A stretch of DNA of 24,000 nt, from positions 15,128 through 39,127 of the forward strand of contig NZ_CAXTQF010000029.1 in NCBI RefSeq assembly GCF_964246335.1, read 5' to 3'. A program made the translations under genes and the position numbers. The notes under the pieces were generated by a model that was not told the DNA's origin, searched no databases, and was given only the letters and a program-made list of their open reading frames with translations. Positions 10,629-16,564 of the stretch are shown here, piece after piece. The DNA comes from an uncultured Jatrophihabitans sp. (lineage in GTDB: Bacteria; Actinomycetota; Actinomycetes; Mycobacteriales; Jatrophihabitantaceae). Every line of letters starts with the position of its first letter. Within the stretch, counting starts at the first letter, position 1.

Positions 10629-10695
10629 GCGCTCACCTCCGGACAGCAATACCTCGGACGTGCGTCCGGTGACTGGTCGACCGGCCGCACCTGCC

Positions 10696-10705
10696 GGTCT
10701 AGACC
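10696..10705. promoter_or_regulatory. 10-bp perfect palindrome GGTCTAGACC (related GTCT/AGAC half-sites, zero spacer)
   Basis: Seen directly. Its centre is about 31 bp from the centre of the 10725..10739 dyad, in the divergent orf94/mimR intergenic region. Confidence 0.3.
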
Positions 10706-10724
10706 CCCGCCGAGGGGCCGAAAA

Positions 10725-10739
10725 GTCTCAATTTGAGAC
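10725..10739. promoter_or_regulatory. Dyad GTCTCAA-T-TTGAGAC (copy 2, perfect 7-1-7 palindrome)
   Basis: Located in the divergent intergenic region, about 97 nt upstream of the orf94 GTG (10628) and 136 nt upstream of the mimR ATG (10875). Confidence 0.6.
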
Positions 10740-10874
10740 ACCGAAGGCGGTCGCATTGCGTACATTTGTGAGGTAGACCACTGCGCCTGAGTACATGCCA
10801 GGCGCCGATCCGGTCCGTGCTGAGTCGACAGCGGGGAAGCGACCGGTGGGAGGCGATCGGAGGTCGGCTCGACC

Positions 10875-12662
10875 ATGACTGGTCCGCCTATTCCGTCGCT
10901 GACGCCCGACGCCGGCGGAGTGGCAGCGAACCGGCTGCGCTTCCTGACCGACGACGGCCGCCCCGAGCGGGTACGACCGCTGATCCTGGCGTCGTGGCGG
11001 CGGTCCCGGAACTTCTCGGTCGCGCCGGACTCGCTGGAACTGCCCTACCGCGCCGACCTCCAGATCGACACGCCGCTCGTGCGCAGCGCACAGCCGGTGC
11101 TGGCCCGGCTCGCCGAACAGCTCAGCGGCCAGCCCATCAGCATCGTCCTCACCGACGCCGCCGGCCTCGTGCTCAGCCGCCGCAGCGGCACCGCTGAACT
11201 GGAGCGATACCTCGACAGCGTCCGACTCGCGCCCGGATTCAATTACGCCGAGGAATTCGTCGGCACCAACGGAATCGGTACCGCGTTGGAGGCCGGTTCG
11301 GCGGCCGAGGTCTTCGGCCACGAGCACTACGCCGAGGACCTGGAGCGGCTGGCGTGCGCCGGCGTGCCGATCCACGACCCGATCAGCGGGCGGCTGCTCG
11401 GGGTCATCGACCTCACGTGCTGGCGAAAAGACGCCGAGTCACTGCTGTTGACGCTGGCCACCTCGACGGCCGACCAGATCAAGCACGCCCTGGTGGAGTC
11501 GTCGAGCGCTCGTGAGTTCGAGGTGCTGCGGGCATACCGGCAGACCTGTCGGCGCACCAACGGCATCGTGTTCGCCGTCACCAACGACGCAATGATGCTC
11601 AACAGCTACGCGCAGGCCGAGCTCGACCCGGCCGACCAGGCGGCGTTGCAGACGATGGCCGGTGAGACGGCGTCGTCGGCCCTGGCCGGCCGGCGGCACT
11701 CACTCTCCCTTGTGCTGCCGAGCGGCGCTGCGGCGCAGCTGTACTGCCAGCAGGTCGATTACGACGGTGCGCCGGCCGGTCTGGTCGTCCACGTCAAGCT
11801 CGTCCAGGACGCCGGTGCGCCGACCGGGATGGCCGACGCCTCGATGTCGGTGCCCGGTCTGGTCGGCGACACGTCGTCGTGGCGACGGGTCTGTCGGCAG
11901 GTGCAGGAAGCGATGAACGCGCGCAGCTGGCTGATGCTCGAGGGTGAGGTCGGTACCGGCAAGGTCGCGTTGCTGCGCGGGGTCCAGGTGCGCCGGCAGC
12001 CGCCCGCGCGCAGCGTCGTGCTCGACGCCGCGGACGTGGGGCCCGGTTGGATGGACGAGGCACGGCGCGCCGTCGCCGCGAACGACACCGTCATCTTCGC
12101 GCACGTCGACCAGCTCAATCCCGCTCGCGTTCGCGCACTGCACGCGCTGCTCGACGACACCCGGCGTGATCCCGAACGCCGTGACCTGTGGGTGGCCGCG
12201 ACCTGTCGACCCGGCGCCGGGGACGACGCGCTGGCCCGGTTGATGCCGTTCTTCCCCACCACCCTGGCCGTGCCGCCGCTGCGCCTGCACATCGACGACC
12301 TGCCGGGCCTGGTCACCTTCTTCCTCGGCAAGCTGGGTTCCGGCGGCAATGTGCAGCTCGCCCCCGCCGCCCTGCGCGTGCTCATGCGCTCACCGTGGCC
12401 CGGCAACGTCCGTCAGCTGCAGCAGCTTGTCCACGACCTGTTGCAGCACCGGCGATCCGGGGTGGTCGGCGTCGAGGACCTGCCGCCGGAGATGCATTCC
12501 ATCAGCCGGCGAGTGCTGTCCACGCTCGAGCAGATGGAACGGGACGCGATCGTGCGCAGCCTCACCGACGCCAGGGGCAACAAGGTGCAGGCCGCGCGAT
12601 CGCTGGGCATGTCCCGCGCGACGATCTACCGCAAGATCCACGAATTCGGCATCGTCCTGTAA
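10875..12662 (+). CDS. mimR: NtrC/AcoR-family transcriptional activator (GAF sensor, degenerate AAA+, Fis-type HTH), MimR-like
   Basis: 595 aa. AcoR-type GAF block: GTNGIGTALE...VFGHEHY...CAGVPIHDPISGRLLGVIDLT. Walker-A-like GEVGTGK. Conserved PPLRLHIDDLP and WPGNVRQL. C-terminal HTH_8: MERDAIVRSLTDARGNKVQAARSLGMSRATIYRKI. It is divergent from the SDIMO operon. GGAGG lies upstream of the ATG. Confidence 0.88.
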   Translation: MTGPPIPSLTPDAGGVAANRLRFLTDDGRPERVRPLILASWRRSRNFSVAPDSLELPYRADLQIDTPLVRSAQPVLARLAEQLSGQPISIVLTDAAGLVLSRRSGTAELERYLDSVRLAPGFNYAEEFVGTNGIGTALEAGSAAEVFGHEHYAEDLERLACAGVPIHDPISGRLLGVIDLTCWRKDAESLLLTLATSTADQIKHALVESSSAREFEVLRAYRQTCRRTNGIVFAVTNDAMMLNSYAQAELDPADQAALQTMAGETASSALAGRRHSLSLVLPSGAAAQLYCQQVDYDGAPAGLVVHVKLVQDAGAPTGMADASMSVPGLVGDTSSWRRVCRQVQEAMNARSWLMLEGEVGTGKVALLRGVQVRRQPPARSVVLDAADVGPGWMDEARRAVAANDTVIFAHVDQLNPARVRALHALLDDTRRDPERRDLWVAATCRPGAGDDALARLMPFFPTTLAVPPLRLHIDDLPGLVTFFLGKLGSGGNVQLAPAALRVLMRSPWPGNVRQLQQLVHDLLQHRRSGVVGVEDLPPEMHSISRRVLSTLEQMERDAIVRSLTDARGNKVQAARSLGMSRATIYRKIHEFGIVL

Positions 12663-12680
12663 CGCGGCCGCGGCTGCGGT

Positions 12681-12890
12681 TCAGGTCGCGAGCAGGCAGA
12701 CCCCGCTGATCGCGACGAGGGCCGACGCGAGCTGCACGCCCCGGGTATGGGCTTGCAGCCAGCGCACGTGCGGCCGGTGACAGGCCGGGATGAGCCGGGG
12801 GTCCACGTGGTGGACGGCGACGCTCCACGACCACTGCACCAACGACACGAGCGCGGCCACCGCGAGCAGCGCCACCGCGGTCTGTGACAT
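12681..12890 (-). CDS. Hypothetical 69-aa two-helix membrane peptide
   Basis: ATG at 12890 with GGAG 7 nt upstream. GC3-rich codons throughout. Two hydrophobic segments (AVALLAVAALVSLV and LASALVAISGVCLLA). No recognisable family. Confidence 0.45.
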   Translation of the reverse strand: MSQTAVALLAVAALVSLVQWSWSVAVHHVDPRLIPACHRPHVRWLQAHTRGVQLASALVAISGVCLLAT

Positions 12891-12958
12891 GCGTCGGCTC
12901 CTTCGTCGGCATCGCGGTGCGTACCCGGTAATCGTGGCGCCGTCGCAATCCGCCGACT

Positions 12959-12973
12959 GTCTCAGTCTGAGAC
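12959..12973. promoter_or_regulatory. Dyad GTCTCAG-T-CTGAGAC (copy 3, perfect 7-1-7 palindrome)
   Basis: It lies 7 nt after the stop of the SatP-like gene and 69 nt upstream of the 69-aa ORF start. A 1-nt loop makes an RNA hairpin implausible, so a protein-binding dyad is more likely. Confidence 0.55.
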
Positions 12974-12980
12974 CGGCCGG

Positions 12981-13664
12981 TCAGTGCACAACGGGTCGGC
13001 CGAGCGCCAACGCTTTGCCGCCGGTAGCCACCGACGAAACACCCATGTAGAGGTAGACGCCCACTGCGGCGAACGCGAAGGCGACTATGCCGGCGATCTT
13101 GGACCATGTGCTCGAGGCGTTGACGGTCGAGATGAGCACGCACACGAGGCATGCCTCGACCAGCACGAACAGCAGCGTGAACGCGAACGGCAGACGCAGG
13201 GTGGCCAGGGTCAGCATGCCGATGATGACCAGCCAGGTGATCAGGAACGCCGCCTGCGTGTGCAGCGCCGCGTTCGGCGTGATTGCGAACCAGTTGTGCG
13301 TGAGCCCGAGCACGAGGGCGGCGTAGCTGAGCCAGAAACCGGAGAAGATGCCGAAGATGCTCGCGACCGCGCTCTGCCCGAGGGCTGCCGCCCACACCGT
13401 GCTGACCGCGAGACCGAATCCCGTCGCCGTCGCGATGATCGGCATCGACGAGCCGAGGCCGCCGGTCGGGACGTAGCCCACCAGCACCAGCGCGAGGGCA
13501 ACAGTGCCTGCGACGAAGACCGGCAGGCCGAGGGCCGCGGGATTGCCGGACAGGAACGGTGGGGTCGGATCGGGTGCGGGCGCCTCGGCGGTCGGGGTGG
13601 GCCTGCGTTCGGTGGCGATGTGGTCGCCGGAGGCGCCTTCGACGCCTGCGTGGGTTGCAGTCAT
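12981..13664 (-). CDS. GPR1/FUN34/YaaH-family (SatP/AceTr-type) acetate/succinate channel homologue
   Basis: I trimmed the track ORF to the ATG at 13664 (MTATHAG...), with GAGGAG upstream, giving 227 aa. Family signature NPAALGL (consensus NPAPLGL) is followed by six hydrophobic helices. Confidence 0.8.
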   Translation of the reverse strand: MTATHAGVEGASGDHIATERRPTPTAEAPAPDPTPPFLSGNPAALGLPVFVAGTVALALVLVGYVPTGGLGSSMPIIATATGFGLAVSTVWAAALGQSAVASIFGIFSGFWLSYAALVLGLTHNWFAITPNAALHTQAAFLITWLVIIGMLTLATLRLPFAFTLLFVLVEACLVCVLISTVNASSTWSKIAGIVAFAFAAVGVYLYMGVSSVATGGKALALGRPVVH

Positions 13665-13739
13665 GACGAACTCCTCGGTGCGGAACGATCTTCTTGTCGA
13701 GATCGCCGACGATGCTCGCAACGTGGACGCCTCGGCTGC

Positions 13740-13754
13740 GTCTCACTCTGGGAC
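13740..13754. promoter_or_regulatory. Dyad GTCTC-ACTCT-GGGAC (copy 4, one mismatch), overlapping the palindrome GGGACGTCCC (13750..13759)
   Basis: Seen directly in the SatP-like/BLUF divergent intergenic region. Confidence 0.35.
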
Positions 13755-13787
13755 GTCCCGCGCACACCACCGGAAACGACGGTGCAC

Positions 13788-13802
13788 GTCTCAATCCGAG
13801 AC
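13788..13802. promoter_or_regulatory. Dyad GTCTC-AATCC-GAGAC (copy 5, perfect; arms extend to ACGTCTC/GAGACGT at 13786..13804)
   Basis: It lies 124 nt upstream of the SatP-like ATG (13664) and 126 nt upstream of the BLUF ATG (13928). Confidence 0.6.
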
Positions 13803-13830
13803 GTCCGCGACGGTGCCGGCCGGCCGGGTC

Positions 13831-13845
13831 GTCGCAGAGTGAGAC
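13831..13845. promoter_or_regulatory. Dyad GTCGC-AGAGT-GAGAC (copy 6, one mismatch)
   Basis: Its centre is 43 bp from the centre of copy 5, in the same intergenic region and 83 nt upstream of the BLUF ATG. Confidence 0.35.
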
Positions 13846-13927
13846 CGCAGATCCCGCCGGTGCGCGGACGATGAGCGCGCAGGCCGTGGGTTGGTCCATC
13901 GAGTTCTTCGCATGAGGAGGCACCCGG

Positions 13928-14377
13928 ATGAGCAGTGACGGATTGCAGGGCCCCGCGTTCCGCCTCATGTACCGCAGCCACAGTCTGATCCCGGCCGAGT
14001 CGAGCAAGGCCGAGCTCGGCGCGCTGTTCTCGGTCGCGCGATCGAACAACAAGAAGCTCGGGATCACCGGCGCCCTGATGCTGGACGCGGAGTGGTTCGT
14101 GCAGACGCTGGAGGGCGACGAGGCTGCCGTGCGCTCGCTGTTCGAACGCATCAGCACCGATCCCCGGCACGACGACGTCGCCGTGCTCGACACCGCAACG
14201 GTGCCCGCCCGCGCGTTCCCGCACTGGTCGATGGCGCAGGTGTCCACCGCCGGCAAGGACGACGTCTATCTCATCGCGCACGAGGACGGCATCGCGCCGG
14301 CGACCCCGCGGCGACGCAGTCCGGAGCAGGACGCAGCGCTCGACACCATGCGCGCAGCGGTGAGCGCGCAGGTCTAG
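13928..14377 (+). CDS. Short stand-alone BLUF-domain (blue-light sensor using FAD) protein
   Basis: 149 aa. ATG is preceded by GAGGAGG plus 7 nt. BLUF hallmarks: LMYRS (Tyr15), SNNKKLGITGAL (Asn40/41), FVQTLEG (Gln59), DPRH, and FPHWSM (Trp100, Met102). The Gln-to-Met spacing of 43 matches what I recall for AppA. Confidence 0.85.
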   Translation: MSSDGLQGPAFRLMYRSHSLIPAESSKAELGALFSVARSNNKKLGITGALMLDAEWFVQTLEGDEAAVRSLFERISTDPRHDDVAVLDTATVPARAFPHWSMAQVSTAGKDDVYLIAHEDGIAPATPRRRSPEQDAALDTMRAAVSAQV

Positions 14378-14401
14378 CTACTCCGCGGGCGTGCGGCTGC
14401 G

Positions 14402-14572
14402 TTACTCGGTGGCGCCGTGGCCGAGGCCGTCCGGGTCGGCGTCCTCGGCGATGCCATCCACCTCGCTGTGGTGTTGGTCGGCCGCCGCCGCCGCTTGCTC
14501 ACCCGACGCGTCGTTGGGGTCGACGTCCGGCATCGGCTGGAACATGTCGGGGGCGTCCTCGATGTCGGGCAT
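14402..14572 (-). CDS. Hypothetical 56-aa highly acidic protein
   Basis: ATG at 14572 (MPDIEDAPDMFQPMPDVDPNDASGEQ...) with GGAG 6 nt upstream. The GC3 bias is consistent with coding. No family recognised. Confidence 0.35.
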   Translation of the reverse strand: MPDIEDAPDMFQPMPDVDPNDASGEQAAAAADQHHSEVDGIAEDADPDGLGHGATE

Positions 14573-14668
14573 GGCATCTCCAGGTGCGACTGGCTGGATG
14601 GTTCGCCTCATCGTGTGCGGCAGGGTCTGCTGCGGACGTGTCACTTTGCGACACAAGGAACGTCTGGG

Positions 14669-14742
14669 AGCCGCCTGTCGGAGTCGAACCGACGACCTGC
14701 CGCTTACAAGGCGGCTGCTCTGACCAACTGAGCTAAGGCGGC
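14669..14742 (-). tRNA. tRNA-Thr (anticodon UGU)
   Basis: The reverse complement folds as a canonical 74-nt cloverleaf: acceptor GCCGCCT/AGGCGGC, D arm GCTC..GAGC, anticodon stem GCCGC/GCGGC with loop CTTGTAA, variable AGGTC, T arm GTCGG-TTCGACT-CCGAC, discriminator T. CCA is not exactly encoded; the genomic sequence continues CCCA. Confidence 0.93.
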
Positions 14743-14855
14743 GCTGCGCCTGAGATTACCGGTGTCGCTTCGCTCGCCGGCTTGGGTGAAACCCCGGGCG
14801 CGGTCGAAGACGAATAGACGGGCAGACTGCCTACGGGTCCGTAACCGTCGAGGGG

Positions 14856-15599
14856 ATGCGCGTGAGCCGACTGCACCGGCCGAAGGCAGGCTTGTGGATC
14901 CGCGTATGGGTGTCGATCCTCTATCCGCTCGACGGGCTGTTCTTCAAGATCCGCTGGCAGCATCTCGAACGGGTGCCCGCGCCGTCGCAGGGTGGCGTGC
15001 TGATCGCGATTAACCACGTCTCGCAGGTCGACACCGTGCTGACCGCGCGGCTTGTATGGCAGTCCGGCCGGGTGCCGCGCTTCATGATCAAGGCCGGGAT
15101 CTTCGACTGGCCCATCGTCGGCTACATGATGAAGGGCGCCGGGCAGATCCCCGTCTACCGCGGGACGGCCGACGCCGCGCATTCCCTGCGCGACGCCGTC
15201 AGTGCGCTCGAACGTGGCGAGGCCGTCGTCATCTACCCGGAGGGGACGACGACGAAGGATCCGGCCAACTGGCCGATGCAGAGCAAGACCGGCATTGCGC
15301 GCCTCGTCCTGCTAGCGCCGGACATCCCCGTGGTGCCCGTCGGGCAGTGGGGCGCGCACCGGATGGGCGGTCCGAGCCTGCGGCGGCTGGGTCGGCGGCG
15401 CACTGCGCAGGCGTCGATCGGCGAGCCGTTGGACCTCAGCCGCTTCCGCGGCAAGGAGCCGACGCCGGCGTTGCTGCGCGAGATCACCGACGAGATCATG
15501 AGCGCGGTGCGCGAGCAGGTGGCCGAGCTGCGCGGCGAGCCGGCGCCCGACACGTTCTTCGTGCCGAAACGGGTCTACGTGGACAAAGGGCGTCGCTGA
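14856..15599 (+). CDS. 1-acyl-sn-glycerol-3-phosphate / lysophospholipid acyltransferase (PlsC family)
   Basis: 247 aa. HX4D catalytic block INHVSQVD and block III IYPEGTT. The start is ambiguous: GAGGGG abuts the ATG at 14856, so the GTG at 14862 is equally plausible. Confidence 0.85.
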   Translation: MRVSRLHRPKAGLWIRVWVSILYPLDGLFFKIRWQHLERVPAPSQGGVLIAINHVSQVDTVLTARLVWQSGRVPRFMIKAGIFDWPIVGYMMKGAGQIPVYRGTADAAHSLRDAVSALERGEAVVIYPEGTTTKDPANWPMQSKTGIARLVLLAPDIPVVPVGQWGAHRMGGPSLRRLGRRRTAQASIGEPLDLSRFRGKEPTPALLREITDEIMSAVREQVAELRGEPAPDTFFVPKRVYVDKGRR

Positions 15600-15692
15600 G
15601 CGCTCTGCCCTTCTCGGCGATGCGGGAGCGGGGTTGATGTTAGCTCGGCGGCGTTCCGCTGCGCGCGCCGGGACGTATAGGTGGTGTCCCGC

Positions 15693-15736
15693 AAACGCCA
15701 ACAATCTTTCGGTTCGGCGAAAGATTCTTGGCGTTT
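15693..15736 (+). terminator. Long hairpin (19-bp stem, one C-C mismatch, 6-nt loop) downstream of the acyltransferase gene
   Basis: AAACGCCAACAATCTTTCG (15693..15711), loop GTTCGG, CGAAAGATTCTTGGCGTTT (15718..15736), followed by CTCT. It lies 94 nt after the stop at 15599, inside a 341-bp non-coding gap. Confidence 0.4.
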
Positions 15737-15940
15737 CTCTGGCGAGCGAAGTACCCCTCCTCGTCGCGTGGCGACCCTGCGGGATGACACGCCGAGGATC
15801 CGCCCGCAGAGCAGCCACGCGGCACGATTCCATGTGGCGCGAGTGACTGCCGAGGCTGATGTATCGAACGCTGCAATTCACTCGCCGGACTGGCCTGTGG
15901 ACAACGCGCGCAAGATCGATTCTCGTGCCAGTATTCGTGG

Positions 15941-16564
15941 GTGCGTATGTGGTGGTGCGCGGCGATACTCGCGATCACTGCTGCGTTGACGGCGTGCACC
16001 GGATCGGCCACACCGCGCCCCACTCATTCGCCGGTGCCGACCACTCCATCGACGTCGGCTGCGCCGAGCTCCACTGCGCCGCCGGCACCCGTGGTGCCCA
16101 CCACCGGCCCCAACGTCCGCCCCGGCGAAAGACCGCCAACGCTCCCGGCGGTGGGCCACGAAGACAAGCCGATCGGCGCCGACTTCTACGCGCGCTATTG
16201 GATTGAGACACTCGATTGGGGCTATGCCACCACGAGCTCGGCGTTGGCCCGAACTGCATTCTCGCCGGTGTGCACTGGGTGTGCGAGGTTTGTAACCACC
16301 TACGACCTCACGAGCAAGGCGGGAGATCATTTCGTTGGCGGCCGATCAAGCATCACCAGTTCCGCCATCGCAGACAACGACAAGCGGAATGGCGCTCAGT
16401 ACGCAGTCGACATAACCATTTCGGTCGCACCACTGAAGACGGTGGACGCAAAGGGTGCTGCTGTGTCCTCGGCGAAGCCACTTACGATCACCTTTCGCAA
16501 CTGGCTCGCTTGGCGCGGCGTCGGATTCACTGTCGTTGACTTCAAACAAGTGGTGATGAAGTGA
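15941..16564 (+). CDS. Putative lipoprotein with a Pro/Thr/Ser-rich linker
   Basis: 207 aa. Signal peptide with lipobox: MRMWWCAAILAITAALTAC (L-T-A-C). A PT-rich linker is followed by a globular domain (FYARYWIETLDWGY...). The start is GTG at 15941 or ATG at 15947. Confidence 0.7.
   Translation: MRMWWCAAILAITAALTACTGSATPRPTHSPVPTTPSTSAAPSSTAPPAPVVPTTGPNVRPGERPPTLPAVGHEDKPIGADFYARYWIETLDWGYATTSSALARTAFSPVCTGCARFVTTYDLTSKAGDHFVGGRSSITSSAIADNDKRNGAQYAVDITISVAPLKTVDAKGAAVSSAKPLTITFRNWLAWRGVGFTVVDFKQVVMK

Noticed and set aside
8273-10672. 799-aa plus-strand ORF antisense to mimA
   Set aside because: It is antisense to a highly recognisable SDIMO alpha subunit. Its composition is Arg/Val/Pro-biased with no motifs. 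This is a classic GC-rich antisense open frame.
10247-10874. Sigma-54 (-24 GG / -12 GC) promoter upstream of mimA or orf94, expected from the NtrC-like regulator
   Set aside because: I found no TGGCAC-N5-TTGC-like element. The nearest candidates (TTGGCGACCGTCCGCG and GGGTCTGATTGCC) have the wrong GG-to-GC spacing. The regulator lacks the GAFTGA loop, and actinobacteria generally lack RpoN.
12663-12672. CGCGGCCGCG palindrome between the convergent mimR and 69-aa ORF stops, as a terminator
   Set aside because: It is only 10 bp with no loop. It cannot form a meaningful hairpin and is expected by chance in GC-rich DNA.
12562-14256. 564-aa minus-strand ORF across the 69-aa ORF, SatP-like gene and BLUF region
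   Set aside because: It crosses three independently supported genes and two intergenic regions, and its translation is Arg/Pro-rich nonsense.
14630-14668. GTGTC-N7-GACAC inverted repeat just 3' of the tRNA, as a tRNA terminator
   Set aside because: The stem is only 5 bp with no U-tract, which is too weak to call.
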